From an uncultured Candidatus Rokubacteria bacterium (GTDB taxonomy: Bacteria; Methylomirabilota; Methylomirabilia; Rokubacteriales; CSP1-6): 64,000 nt of DNA. Every line of letters begins with the position of its first letter. The stretch's first letter is position 1. Location of the stretch: positions 160,001 through 224,000 of the forward strand of contig CAVXJS010000007.1 of NCBI GenBank assembly GCA_963762145.1, written 5' to 3'. The notes under the pieces were generated by a model. The model saw nothing but the letters and a program-made list of their open reading frames with translations. It had not been told where the DNA came from and searched no databases. The position numbers were made by a program, and so were the translations under genes. This document shows positions 1 to 10,078 of the stretch, in pieces.

Positions 1-254
1 ACGACCTCGACGTGGACACGCTGCGCGCGCTCGAGGACGCGCTGCTGGCCTTCGCGGGCTGCGCGGTGGTGATCAGCCACGACCGCTGGTTCCTCGACCG
101 GATCGCCACCCACATGCTCGCCTTCGAGGGCGACAGCCGGGTGGTCTGGTTCGAGGGCAACTACGAGGACTACGAGGCCGACCGGCACGAAGCGCCTGGG
201 CGCGGCGGCCGACAGCCGCACCGCATCCGCTACAAGCCGCTCACGCGCGGCTAG
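1..254 (+). CDS. ettA: ABC-F energy-dependent translational throttle EttA, C-terminal part (truncated by window start)
   Basis: [37 protein letters not shown]...FEGNYEDYE...PHRIRYKPL matches the EttA C-terminus. Confidence 0.9.
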   Translation, partial: DLDVDTLRALEDALLAFAGCAVVISHDRWFLDRIATHMLAFEGDSRVVWFEGNYEDYEADRHEAPGRGGRQPHRIRYKPLTRG

Positions 255-274
255 CCGCGGGGGAGGACCGCGCC

Positions 275-907
275 ATGTTCAAGGACACCGTGACGTCCCG
301 GGAGGAGCTGCGGGCCATCTTCGGGGCGCCGATGGAGCGCGCGGTGCTCAAGGAGCGTCCGAGCCTCGACGCCCACTCGCGCGCCTTCATCGCGAGCGCC
401 CCGTTCGTGCTCATCGCGACCTCGGGTGCGGCCGGACGCTGCGACGTCTCGCCCAAGGGGGACGCGCCCGGCTTCGTGCTGGTGCTGGACGACCACCACC
501 TGGTGGTGCCCGACCGGCCCGGCAACAACCGCATCGACGGGTTCACCAATATCGTGGAGAACCCGCACGTGGGGATGATCTTCCTGATCCCCGGGCGCGA
601 GGACACCCTCCGGGTCAATGGGCGGGCGTCCATCGTGCGCGACGCGGAGATCCTGGATCGCCTCGAGGTGCAGGGGAAGCGGCCCAAGGTTGCGATCGGG
701 GTGGAGGTGGAGGAGTGCTTCCTCCACTGCGCGAAGGCCTTCAAGCGGTCCGGCCTCTGGGAGCGCGAGCGCTGGCCCGACGTGGCCGGGCTGCCGTCGA
801 TGGCGCGCATGTTGTGGGAACAGATCGGAGCCAAGCCGATCGGGCACGCCTGTGTCGAGGACTACGAGCGCGACCAGCAGGAGCGCTTGCGGAAGACGCT
901 CTATTGA
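275..907 (+). CDS. Pyridoxamine 5'-phosphate oxidase-like FMN-binding protein (MSMEG_1061-like)
   Basis: DVSPKGDAPGFV, PDRPGNNRIDG, HCAKAFKRSGLW motifs; GGAGGA RBS. Confidence 0.85.
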   Translation: MFKDTVTSREELRAIFGAPMERAVLKERPSLDAHSRAFIASAPFVLIATSGAAGRCDVSPKGDAPGFVLVLDDHHLVVPDRPGNNRIDGFTNIVENPHVGMIFLIPGREDTLRVNGRASIVRDAEILDRLEVQGKRPKVAIGVEVEECFLHCAKAFKRSGLWERERWPDVAGLPSMARMLWEQIGAKPIGHACVEDYERDQQERLRKTLY

Positions 908-1586
908 TCTGATCGTCGCCCGCGCGGGCCCCGTCGCCACCCTCACGCTCAACCGGCCCGAGCGCCGGAACGCGCTCGACGGGGGGCTGCTGTCCGAGCT
1001 CATCGCGACCCTGACCGCCCTCAATGACGATCCGTCTGCCCGGGTCGTGGTGCTCACCGGGGCGCCGCCGGTCTTCTCGTCGGGCGCCGACCAGGGCCGC
1101 GGGTCCGCCGCCCCGCCGCCCCCCGGGCAGTTCATCCGGCTCTTCTCCCGGCTCGCGACCGTCCTCGAGCGGCTCGAGCTGCCGGTGATCGCCGCGCTGA
1201 ACGGCCACGCGGTCGGCGGTGGGTGGGTGCTGGCCCTGTGCTGCGACTTCCGCTTCGCGGCGGAGGCGGCCCAGTGCTGGATCCCCGAGGTGGACATGGG
1301 CATCGCCCTGCACCCGGTGCTCATCACGCCGTTCGTGCGGCTGGTGGGACCGGCGCGCACCCGCGAGATCACGCTGGAGGCGCGACGCTATCCGGCGCGC
1401 GAGCAGCACGCGATGGGGCTCGTGCACCGCGTGGTGGCCGGCGACGCGCTGGCCGACGCCGCGGCGGAGTACGCGGCCCACCTCGCGGCCAAGCCCTTCC
1501 GGCCGCTCGCCGAGATGAAGGCGCGCATCAACCAGATCGCGCGCGTCACCTACCCGGAGGCCGGGCCCTTCACGGTGTCGCCATGA
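903..1586 (+). CDS. Enoyl-CoA hydratase/isomerase family protein (start uncertain: ATT at 903 or CTG at 909)
   Basis: VATLTLNRPERRNAL, FSSGAD, PVIAALNGHAVGGG crotonase motifs. Confidence 0.85.
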   Translation: MDLIVARAGPVATLTLNRPERRNALDGGLLSELIATLTALNDDPSARVVVLTGAPPVFSSGADQGRGSAAPPPPGQFIRLFSRLATVLERLELPVIAALNGHAVGGGWVLALCCDFRFAAEAAQCWIPEVDMGIALHPVLITPFVRLVGPARTREITLEARRYPAREQHAMGLVHRVVAGDALADAAAEYAAHLAAKPFRPLAEMKARINQIARVTYPEAGPFTVSP

Positions 1587-2713
1587 GCCCCGCGCTTCCG
1601 CGCAGTGCCGACATCGTCATCATCGGAGCCGGCGCCATCGGCGCCAGCATCGCCTACCAGCTCGGCCGGCGCGGCGCCCGCGACGTGGTGGTGCTCGAGC
1701 GCGACACCGTCGGCGCCGGCTCCACCAGCAAGGCGGCCGGCGGCATCCGCGTGCAGTTCGGGACGCGGGTCGAGATCGAGCTCTCCCTCCGCGGCATCGC
1801 CTTCTTCAAGCGCTTCGAGGACGAGATGGGGGTGCCCTGCGATTTCCACCAGGAGGGCTACCTCTTCGTGGTCACCGACGAGCCGACGCTCGCGCGCTTC
1901 CGCGATAACGTCGCCCTGCAGCGGAGCATGGGCGGCGACGTGCGGATCATCGCCCCCGACGACGCGCGCGCCCTGGTGCCGTCCCTCAACGTGGACGACG
2001 CGCTCGCCGCGGTGTGGGGGCCGATGGACGGCCACGCCTCGCCCAACGACGTGGTGCAGGCCTACGCGGCCCAGGCGCGGGCCCGAGGCGTGCGCGTCGT
2101 GGAGGATACGCCGGTGACCGGCATCGTGGTGGAGCGCGGCCGGGTCACGGGGGTCCTGACCCCGTCCGGGACCATCGCGACGCGGCTCGTGGTCAACGCG
2201 GCCGGGCCCTGGGCGCCGCTCGTGGGCCGGATGGCCGGGCTCGATCTGCCGGTGGATCCGCGGCGGCGGCACATCTTCGTGACCGACGCCTTCGACGGCA
2301 TTCGCCATCCCATGCCCCTCGTCACCGACACCGGCAGCGGCTTCTACTGCCGGAGCGAGCAGGGGGCCATCCTGATGAGCCCGGGCGACATCGGGGCCAC
2401 CACGGAGTACGAGGCGCAGGTGGACTGGGGGATGCTGGAGGTGGCCGTCGAGAAGGCGATGCGGCGGATCCCCGCGCTCGAGGGCGCGCAGGTACGGCAC
2501 GCGTGGGCGGGGCTGCGGCCGCTCACGCCGGACGGCCGCGCCATCCTGGACTGGGCGCCCGGCGTGGAGGGACTCTACCTCGCGGTGGGCTTCTGCGGCC
2601 ACGGCTTCCAGCATTCTCCCGGGGTCGGCGAGACGGTGGCCGAGGTGCTGCTCGACGGGCGTTCGACGCTCGACATCCGGGACCTGCGGCTCGGGCGCTT
2701 TCCCGCGGCTTGA
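1583..2713 (+). CDS. FAD-dependent oxidoreductase, sarcosine oxidase beta/D-amino acid oxidase family
   Basis: IIGAGAIG, GSTSKAAGGIR, WAGLRPLTPDG, GFCGHGF; ATGA overlap with upstream stop. Confidence 0.88.
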   Translation: MSPALPRSADIVIIGAGAIGASIAYQLGRRGARDVVVLERDTVGAGSTSKAAGGIRVQFGTRVEIELSLRGIAFFKRFEDEMGVPCDFHQEGYLFVVTDEPTLARFRDNVALQRSMGGDVRIIAPDDARALVPSLNVDDALAAVWGPMDGHASPNDVVQAYAAQARARGVRVVEDTPVTGIVVERGRVTGVLTPSGTIATRLVVNAAGPWAPLVGRMAGLDLPVDPRRRHIFVTDAFDGIRHPMPLVTDTGSGFYCRSEQGAILMSPGDIGATTEYEAQVDWGMLEVAVEKAMRRIPALEGAQVRHAWAGLRPLTPDGRAILDWAPGVEGLYLAVGFCGHGFQHSPGVGETVAEVLLDGRSTLDIRDLRLGRFPAA

Positions 2714-2749
2714 CACGGCGGCGCCGGGCCGCTAACGTCCAAGTCCGCG

Positions 2750-5467
2750 ATGATGCAGAACGTTTCCCTCGATCGGCTCCGGCAGGTGGCGAACCTGGCC
2801 CGTTCGGTGGCCAGCGCCCTCGACGTGGACACCGTCCTCCGGCAGGTCGTGGAGGCGGTGCTCTCGCTCCGGCCCCGCGCCTTCTGCGTCGTGCGCCTGG
2901 TGGACGTGGAGCGGGGCGGGTATCGGCTCGCGGCCAAGGGCGGCGCTGACGACGACCCGGCGGACGTCGAGACCGTGGCCGAGGTCATCCCCTTCGGGAG
3001 GGGGATCACCCATGCGGTCGCCGAGAGCGGGCAGCCGGTGCTGCTGCCCGACGCGCTCGGCGATCCGCGGCTCGTCGGGGCGGTGTGGCGGGAGGAGCGG
3101 GGCCTCAAGGTCTACTACGGAGTTCCGATCAGCGCGGGCGGCGAGCTGATGGGCGTGCTCAACGTGGCCCTCTCCGAGACCGCGCCGCCCACCGCGGAAG
3201 AGCGCGAGATCGTGGACCTCCTCGCGAGCCACGCGGCGGTGGCGATCGGCAACGCGCGGCTCTTCGCGGAGAGCGAGATGCGGCGCCGGACCGCGGAGGC
3301 TCTCGCGGAGGTCTGGCGCTTCCTCTCCGAGACGTTCGACGTGGTCGCCCTCGGCCAGCGCATCGCCGACGTCGTGCTCCGGGCCCTGCACGTCCGCGCC
3401 GCGGTGCTCTACCGCCTTCAGCCCGGGTCGGGCGATCTCGAGGTGATCGGCCGCGCGGGCGAGGCCGAGCGCTTCTACGATCCCGGTGTGGTGGTTCCCG
3501 CGGGACACGGCGTGGTCGGCCTGGCCGTGAGCCGCCGGCAGCCGGTGGTGACGCCCGACGTGCGCGAGGACTCCCGCATCGCATCGACCGCGAGCATGCG
3601 CCCGGGGCAAACCCTGTGTCCGGCCGTGCTCTCGCTGCCGCTGGTGGTGAAGGGGCAGGTGGTGGGCGGTTTCACGGTGGGCGATACGCTCGGCCGCGTC
3701 TACACCGACGAGGATCTCCGGCTCGCCCAGACCTTCGCGGACCAGGCCGCGGTGGCGCTCGAGAACGCTCGGCTCTTCGCGGAGACCGAGCGGCGGCGCC
3801 GCGAGAGCGTGGCCCTGGGCAACGTGAGCCAGACCCTCGCCCAGTCGCTCTATCCCGGCGGCGTCGCCCAGCGGGTGGTGGACTCGGTGCGAGAGCTGGT
3901 CGGCGGGCTCGCGGCCTCGGTCTTCCGCCTCGATGTCGAGTCGGGCGTGCTGGAGCAGACGGCGTTCTCGGGGCTGTCCTCGTTCTACGACCGGCGGCCG
4001 CGGTTCCCGCGTGGAACCGGCGCGGTGGGGTTGGCGGTGACGGAGCGACGCGCGGTGGTCTCGAACAATGTCCTGGCCGACCCGCGGCTGCAGTTTTCCT
4101 CGGATGTGCGCGCGTTCCTGGAGGCCTCGCCGATCCGCGCCATCCTCGCGGTCCCGCTCATCGTGAAGGAGCAGGTGATCGGCGCGCTCGGCCTGGTGGA
4201 TGCGAATGGCCGGGTCTTCACCGAGGACGATGTGCGCCTGGCCCAGGCCTTCGCGGACCAGGCCGCGGTGGCGCTCGAGAACGCGCGGCTCTACGCCGAC
4301 GCCGAGCGGGGGCGGGTCGAGGCCGAGACGCTCTCCGGCCTCGTGCGCACGATCACCGCCACCCTCGATCCCGCGTCGGTCCTGCGCCGGGTTGCCGCGG
4401 CCGCCCGGGAGCTGTGCGGGAGCGACTCCTCCCACATCCTGCTCCGCGACGCCGAGACCGACACGATGTTCACCCGCTACGGCGTCGGCCAGGCGGTGGG
4501 CGACGCGGATGCGCCGCGCATCACGCGCGGCCGGGGCGCGGGGGGCCAGGCGTGGAGCACGGGCCGCCCGTTCCGTACCGCGAACCGGCCCAACGACCCG
4601 CGGGTGCGCGACGACTACCCGGAGGCGATCAGGCGGGAAGGCGTCATTGCCACCCTGGTGGTGCCGATCTGGATCAGCGGGCAGGTCGAGGGGCTGCTCT
4701 ACGTCTCCAATCGCGCGGATCGATCCTTCACCGACCGGGACGAGGCGATCCTGATTCGCCTGGCCGAGCACGCGGCCATCGCGATCCAGAACGCCACGCT
4801 GTACAGCCGCCTCCAGGGGCTCTCGGGGCGCCTGATGGAGGTGCAGGAGGCGGAGCGCCGCCACCTGGCCCGCGAGCTGCACGACGAGATCGGCCAGCTC
4901 CTGACCGGGCTGCGCCTCACCCTCGACGTGCCCGAGCCGCCGTCGCCCGTGCTGGCCGAGCGGCTCGGGCAGGCCCAGGCCCTGGTGCAGGAGCTGCTCG
5001 AGCGCATCCGCGCGCTCTCGCTCGACCTGCGTCCGAGCATCCTGGACGACCTGGGAGTCCTGCCCGCGCTGCTCGACAACATCGAGCGCTACATGACCCA
5101 GACCAAGATCCGCGTCCACCTGGAGCACAGCGGGCTCGACCGGCGCTTCGCCCCGGAGACCGAGACCGGCGTGTACCGCATCGTCCAGGAGGCGCTGACC
5201 AATGTTGCCCGCCACGGCCACGTGGACGAGGTGACGGTGCGCCTGTGGGCGACCGACGACGTGCTGGGGGTCCAGGTCGAGGACCACGGTGCCGGCTTCG
5301 ACCCGGACGCGGTGCTCGCCGCCGGCCGGAGCGGGGGGCTCGCGGGTCTGCGCGAGCGGGCGGCCCTCCTGAACGGCCACCTCACGGTGGAGACCCATCC
5401 GGGCCGCGGGGTCCGGCTGACCGCCGAGGTTCCCCTCAACGGCTCGCTGCGGAGGCCCAGTGAGTGA
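2750..5467 (+). CDS. Cytoplasmic sensor histidine kinase with four GAF domains (HisKA_3/NarX type)
   Basis: Four GAF repeats ending in A(V/I)A(L/I)xNAxL; ERRHLARELHDEIGQ H-box; QEALTNVARH, EDHGAGF ATPase motifs. Confidence 0.9.
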   Translation: MMQNVSLDRLRQVANLARSVASALDVDTVLRQVVEAVLSLRPRAFCVVRLVDVERGGYRLAAKGGADDDPADVETVAEVIPFGRGITHAVAESGQPVLLPDALGDPRLVGAVWREERGLKVYYGVPISAGGELMGVLNVALSETAPPTAEEREIVDLLASHAAVAIGNARLFAESEMRRRTAEALAEVWRFLSETFDVVALGQRIADVVLRALHVRAAVLYRLQPGSGDLEVIGRAGEAERFYDPGVVVPAGHGVVGLAVSRRQPVVTPDVREDSRIASTASMRPGQTLCPAVLSLPLVVKGQVVGGFTVGDTLGRVYTDEDLRLAQTFADQAAVALENARLFAETERRRRESVALGNVSQTLAQSLYPGGVAQRVVDSVRELVGGLAASVFRLDVESGVLEQTAFSGLSSFYDRRPRFPRGTGAVGLAVTERRAVVSNNVLADPRLQFSSDVRAFLEASPIRAILAVPLIVKEQVIGALGLVDANGRVFTEDDVRLAQAFADQAAVALENARLYADAERGRVEAETLSGLVRTITATLDPASVLRRVAAAARELCGSDSSHILLRDAETDTMFTRYGVGQAVGDADAPRITRGRGAGGQAWSTGRPFRTANRPNDPRVRDDYPEAIRREGVIATLVVPIWISGQVEGLLYVSNRADRSFTDRDEAILIRLAEHAAIAIQNATLYSRLQGLSGRLMEVQEAERRHLARELHDEIGQLLTGLRLTLDVPEPPSPVLAERLGQAQALVQELLERIRALSLDLRPSILDDLGVLPALLDNIERYMTQTKIRVHLEHSGLDRRFAPETETGVYRIVQEALTNVARHGHVDEVTVRLWATDDVLGVQVEDHGAGFDPDAVLAAGRSGGLAGLRERAALLNGHLTVETHPGRGVRLTAEVPLNGSLRRPSE

Positions 5468-5490
5468 CCGCTCCCCAGACTGATCGCCCC

Positions 5491-6171
5491 ATGAGTGACC
5501 GCCCGAGCGACCGAAAGAAGACGATCAGCATCGTGCTGGCCGAGGATCATCACGTGGTCCGGCAGGGCCTGCGCGCCCTGCTCGCGGCCGAGCCCGATCT
5601 CGAGGTGGTGGGCGAGGCGGCCAGCGGCCTCGACGTGGGCGATCTCGTCGAGCGCGTGAAGCCCGACGTGCTGGTGGTGGACTTCGTGATGTCCGGGCTG
5701 AACGCGCCCGACATCATCCGGCGGGTGGCCCGGGTCTCTCCGCGCACGCGCGCGCTCGTGCTCTCCATGCACGCGAACCCCGCCTACGTGGTCGAGGCCA
5801 TGCAGGGCGGAGCCGCCGGCTACGTGCTCAAGGGCTCGAGCGCGGCGGAGCTGGTCCGGGCGATCCGGGCGGTGGCGGACGGCTTCCGGCACCTGAGCCC
5901 GCCCCTCTCGGAGGAGATGGTGGAGGCCTACGCCCAGCGCGCGGTGCCGACCGGACTCGATCTCTACCGCACGCTCACCCAGCGGGAGCGCGAGGTGCTC
6001 CACCTGGCCGCCGAGGGGCGAACCAGCGGCCAGATCGGCGCGCGGCTCAACATCAGCCCGCGCACGGTGGAGGTGCATCGGGCGAACCTGCTGCGCAAGC
6101 TGCGGCTGCGCGGCCAGAGCGATCTGGTCCGCTACGCGGTCGGTCGAGGCATCCTCACGGTCGACGGCTGA
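5491..6171 (+). CDS. NarL/FixJ family response regulator (alternative GTG start at 5464)
   Basis: LAEDHHVVRQG receiver; LTQREREVL...ISPRTVEVHRANL LuxR HTH. Confidence 0.92.
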   Translation: MSDRPSDRKKTISIVLAEDHHVVRQGLRALLAAEPDLEVVGEAASGLDVGDLVERVKPDVLVVDFVMSGLNAPDIIRRVARVSPRTRALVLSMHANPAYVVEAMQGGAAGYVLKGSSAAELVRAIRAVADGFRHLSPPLSEEMVEAYAQRAVPTGLDLYRTLTQREREVLHLAAEGRTSGQIGARLNISPRTVEVHRANLLRKLRLRGQSDLVRYAVGRGILTVDG

Positions 6172-6277
6172 GCCGTGCGCGGGAAATTACGTACACGTAC
6201 GAATAGACGCGGGCGCGTCCGGGCGCGCAAGGTTGCGCCAGTGCGAATCCGGTCCACGGCGGCACGGCCGATTCCCG

Positions 6278-6664
6278 ATGCCTGAATCGGAGGCTCCTCC
6301 GGCCACGATCCTGGTCGTCGAGGATGAGGAAGACGTGCGCGAGCTCGCCCGCGACATCCTCGAGATGAACGGCTACCGGGTGCTGGAGGCACTGGACGTG
6401 GCCGACGCCACGCGTCTCGCCCAGACCCATCCCGGGCCGATCGACCTGCTGATCACCGACGTGATGATGCCGGGCGCCACCGGTCCGGAGCTCGCGCGGC
6501 GGCTGCGCGCGCACCGCCCCGGCCTGCCCGTGCTCTGCATGTCGGGCTACCCGGAGAGCGCGGACCGGCGGATCGACGGCGAGGCGGGCTGGAATGCCTG
6601 GCTGCAGAAACCCTTCACGCCCGACCTGCTGATGCGGAAGGTGCGCGAGTGCCTTACCAGCTGA
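6278..6664 (+). CDS. Single-domain response regulator (receiver)
   Basis: ILVVEDE, LLITDVMMPG, MSGY, LQKPF. Confidence 0.88.
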   Translation: MPESEAPPATILVVEDEEDVRELARDILEMNGYRVLEALDVADATRLAQTHPGPIDLLITDVMMPGATGPELARRLRAHRPGLPVLCMSGYPESADRRIDGEAGWNAWLQKPFTPDLLMRKVRECLTS

Positions 6665-6905
6665 GGGTGCCGCTCCCGAAGTAGCCGACGAACTGCCAGA
6701 CGATCCCGCCGAGGAACATCACGAGCCCGAGACCGGCGAGGGCCCGGAACGCGGTCGGCGCCGAGGTCCCCCGGCGCCACTCGCCCGCGCAGGAGAACCA
6801 GAGCCCGGCCAGCAGCAGCGCGCCGACTCCCGCGACCTGAAGCAGCCAGCCCGTCATCACCCATTTCGTGAACTGCGGATCGAAGAAGATCGTCGGATGA
6901 TACAT
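6654..6905 (-). CDS. Small two-helix membrane protein, unknown function
   Basis: MYHPTIFFDPQF..., two hydrophobic segments; AGGAG RBS upstream of ATG at 6905. Confidence 0.7.
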   Translation of the reverse strand: MYHPTIFFDPQFTKWVMTGWLLQVAGVGALLLAGLWFSCAGEWRRGTSAPTAFRALAGLGLVMFLGGIVWQFVGYFGSGTLSW

Positions 6906-6919
6906 GGTCGCTCCTGTCC

Positions 6920-7687
6920 TCAGCGGGGCTGCATGCGGATGGCGCCGTCCAGGCGGATCACTTCGCCGTTGAGCATCGGGTTCTCGATGATGTGCGCCGC
7001 GAGCGCGGCGTACTCGACCGGCCGTCCCAGACGGGACGGGAAGGGCACCTGCTTGCCCAGCGAGATCCGCGCGGGCTCGGGCAGGCCGGCCAGCATGGGC
7101 GTCTCGAAGAGGCCGGGGGCGATCGTCATCACCCGGATGCCGAGCTCGGCCAGGTCGCGCGCGATCGGCAGGGTCATGCCGACCACGCCGCCCTTCGAGG
7201 CGGAGTAGGCGGCCTGGCCGATCTGGCCGTCGAAGGCGGCCACCGAGGCGGTGTTGATCACCACGCCGCGCTCGCCCTCCGCGTTCGGCGGGTTCTTGGC
7301 CATCTGGGCGGCGGCCAGCCGGATGCAGTTGAAGGTGCCGATGAGGTTGATCTGGATGGTGCGGGCGAACCCGGCCAGGTCGGCGGGCCCGCGCTTGCCG
7401 AAGGTCTTGTCGGCGGTGCCGATGCCGGCGCAGTTGACGAGGGCGGTCACCGCGCCGAAGCGGGCCACCGCGGCCTCGAGCGCCGCGGTCACCTCGTCGG
7501 GATTGGTGACGTCGGCGGGCGCGAACAGGGCCCGCTCGCCGAGCGCGGCGGCGACCTGGGCTCCCGGGGATTTCGCGAGATCGAGCAGCACCACCGCGCC
7601 GCCGCCGCCGTGCAGGCGCTCCGCGGTCGCCCGGCCGAGACCGGAGGCGCCGCCCGTGATCACCGTGGTCGAACCCGCGATCTGCAT
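6920..7687 (-). CDS. 3-hydroxyacyl-CoA dehydrogenase, HSD10-like SDR
   Basis: [44 protein letters not shown]. Confidence 0.92.
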   Translation of the reverse strand: MQIAGSTTVITGGASGLGRATAERLHGGGGAVVLLDLAKSPGAQVAAALGERALFAPADVTNPDEVTAALEAAVARFGAVTALVNCAGIGTADKTFGKRGPADLAGFARTIQINLIGTFNCIRLAAAQMAKNPPNAEGERGVVINTASVAAFDGQIGQAAYSASKGGVVGMTLPIARDLAELGIRVMTIAPGLFETPMLAGLPEPARISLGKQVPFPSRLGRPVEYAALAAHIIENPMLNGEVIRLDGAIRMQPR

Positions 7688-7743
7688 GCCGTCCTCCTCC
7701 TCCGGGGTCCCGTCGCCGACGGTGTAGTATAACCGAGCCGACC

Positions 7744-8880
7744 ATGCCGCTTCCCCTCTGGATCCGGACCCCCGAAGCCCTGGAGATGCTGGCCCGCGAG
7801 CTCGAAGGCGCGGGCGCATTGGCCATCGACACCGAGGCGGACAGTCTGCATCACTATCCGGGCAAGCTCTGTCTGGTCCAGATCGCCGACGCGCGCGGGC
7901 GCGGACACCTGGTGGATCCGCTCGCGCTCCGCGATCTCTCGCCGCTGGGGCCCGCGCTGGCCGATCCGGGCACGCTCAAGGTCCTGCACGCCGCCGACAA
8001 CGACCTCGCCTATCTCAAGCGCCTGTACGGGGTCTCGGTGGCCTCGCTCTTCGACACCGCGGTGGCCGCGCGCTTCCTCGGCGCGCCCGCCCTCGGGCTC
8101 GAGGGGCTGCTCACCCAGTACCTCGGGGTGACCGCGGTGAAGTCACGCCAGAAGGACGACTGGTCCCGACGACCGCTCACCCCGGAGCAGGAGGCCTACG
8201 CCCTCGACGACGTGCTCCACCTCATCCCGCTCCGCGAGCGCCTGCTCGAGGCCCTCCACGCGATCGGGCGGGCGCAGTGGGTCGAGGAGGAGTGCGCCGG
8301 GCTGGCCGCGCTGGTGGTGCCCGAGAAGCCGCTGGATCCGGACGCCTACATGAAGATCAAGGGCGCCCGCGAGCTGGACGCGCGCGGGCTCGCGGTGCTG
8401 CGCGAGCTGTACGCCGCGCGGGAAACGCTGGCCCTGCGGCTCGACCGTCCCCCGTTCATGATCGTGGGCAACGAGAGCCTCGTGATGCTGGCGGCCCGCC
8501 GGCCCCTGGACGTCGAGGGCATCCTGGCCGTCCCCGGCTGCACGCCGCCGGTGGTGCGCCGCGCCGGCCCCGCCATCCTCGAGGCGATCGCGCGGGGGCT
8601 CGAGCTGCCCGACGCCGACCTGCCCGCCTACCGCCCGACCCCGCGCCCGCACGTGCCCGCGGCCCAGCGGCGGCGGGGAGAGGCGCTGCGCGAGTGGCGT
8701 ACCAAGGCCTCCAAGGAGATCGGTCTCGATCCGGGCGTGCTCTTTCCGCAGCGCCTCATCGACCGGCTGGCCGCGACCCCGCCCGCCGATCTTGCCGCGC
8801 TGCGGCAGGTCGAGGGCGTGCGCGACTGGCGCGTCGATCTCTTCGGCGCGGATCTGCTGAAGGCGCTCGTGGTCGCCTGA
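7744..8880 (+). CDS. rnd: Ribonuclease D family 3'-5' exonuclease with HRDC domains
   Basis: [36 protein letters not shown] (DEDDy); HRDC-like C-terminus. Confidence 0.85.
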   Translation: MPLPLWIRTPEALEMLARELEGAGALAIDTEADSLHHYPGKLCLVQIADARGRGHLVDPLALRDLSPLGPALADPGTLKVLHAADNDLAYLKRLYGVSVASLFDTAVAARFLGAPALGLEGLLTQYLGVTAVKSRQKDDWSRRPLTPEQEAYALDDVLHLIPLRERLLEALHAIGRAQWVEEECAGLAALVVPEKPLDPDAYMKIKGARELDARGLAVLRELYAARETLALRLDRPPFMIVGNESLVMLAARRPLDVEGILAVPGCTPPVVRRAGPAILEAIARGLELPDADLPAYRPTPRPHVPAAQRRRGEALREWRTKASKEIGLDPGVLFPQRLIDRLAATPPADLAALRQVEGVRDWRVDLFGADLLKALVVA

Positions 8881-8973
8881 CGCCCGGCTCCGGGCCGGCT
8901 TGCCCTCGCGGGTGGTTGGTGGTACCGCTGAGGGCACGAGCTGGCAGGATCTGCTTTGGAAGGGAGGGTCCCC

Positions 8974-9930
8974 ATGGCCTCCGATTCCCGCTACCTTCGC
9001 GAAGGCATCATCGCCGGCCTGATCGGAGCCGCGCTCGTCGCGGTCTGGTTCCTCATCTACGACGCGGCGATCGGGCGTCCGTTCCGCACCCCCGCGCTCC
9101 TCGGCGCCGCCACGTTCCAGGGGGTGAAGGACCCGGCCGCGGTGCCCACCGCGACCAGCCTGGTCGTGCAGTACACGGTGCTGCACGGCGTGGTGTTCGC
9201 CCTGATCGGCGTGCTCATCGCCTACCTGATCGCCTCGGCCCAGCGCGAGCCGAGCCGCGTGCTGGTCCTGTTCATCGCGCTGATGTCCTTCGAGGTGTTC
9301 TTCCTGGCGGTGCTGACGTGGCTCGCGCACCCGGTGCTCGGCGAGCTCGCCTGGTGGGCGATCCTCGTCGCCAACGCGCTGGCCGCCGGCGGCATGCTCA
9401 TCTACTTCTTCATCGGCCACCGCGCGCTCGGGCGCGCCCTGCTGGGGCCGCTCTGGACGCGCGTGGTGCGCGAGGGCCTCGTGGCCGGGTTCCTGGGCGC
9501 GGGCGCGGTGGCGCTGTGGTTCCTCGCCTACGACGCGGTCGCGGGCGTGCCGCTGCGCACCCCGGCCATGCTGGGCGCCGCGCTCTTCCACGGCCTGCGC
9601 GACCCGGCCGCGCTCGTGATCACGACGCCGCTCGTGCTGCAGTACACCGTGGTCCACGGCGCCGCCTTCGTGCTCTTCGGCCTGGCCGCGGCGGGCATGC
9701 TCGCCCTCGCCGACCGCGAGCCGCGGCTGCTCTTCGCCTTCGTCATGCTGTTCTGCTGCTTCGAGGTCTTCTTCGCCGCGATGGTGGCGATCCTCGCCGA
9801 GTGGCTGCTCGAGGCGGTCCCCTGGTGGACGATCCTGGCCGGCAACCTGCTCGCCGCGCTCGTGATGATGGGCTACTTCCTGCGCGGCCACCGGGTCACC
9901 TGGCACGAGTTCCTCCACGCCCGCCGCTAG
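8974..9930 (+). CDS. Polytopic membrane protein with internal tandem duplication
   Basis: Two homologous halves beginning REG(I/L)(I/V)AG..VA(V/L)WFLxYDA..G.P.RTPAxLGAA. Confidence 0.75.
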   Translation: MASDSRYLREGIIAGLIGAALVAVWFLIYDAAIGRPFRTPALLGAATFQGVKDPAAVPTATSLVVQYTVLHGVVFALIGVLIAYLIASAQREPSRVLVLFIALMSFEVFFLAVLTWLAHPVLGELAWWAILVANALAAGGMLIYFFIGHRALGRALLGPLWTRVVREGLVAGFLGAGAVALWFLAYDAVAGVPLRTPAMLGAALFHGLRDPAALVITTPLVLQYTVVHGAAFVLFGLAAAGMLALADREPRLLFAFVMLFCCFEVFFAAMVAILAEWLLEAVPWWTILAGNLLAALVMMGYFLRGHRVTWHEFLHARR

Positions 9931-9942
9931 CCGGGGTAGCCC

Positions 9943-10029
9943 GGGGTCAGGTCTTCAATTCCGACATTCTTGCCCGGCGGCGATGTTAGCCCTCGCGCTC
10001 CAAAATGTCGGAATTCAAGACCTGACCCC
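9943..10029. repeat. REP/REPIN-like inverted-repeat element, copy 1 (family C)
   Basis: Arms ggggtcaggtcttcaattccgacatt / aatgtcggaattcaagacctgacccc (26 bp, 1 mismatch). Confidence 0.9.
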
Positions 10030-10078
10030 AATGTAGACTGCCCCCACGACGCAGACCACTGACTAGGAGGCGGGCATC

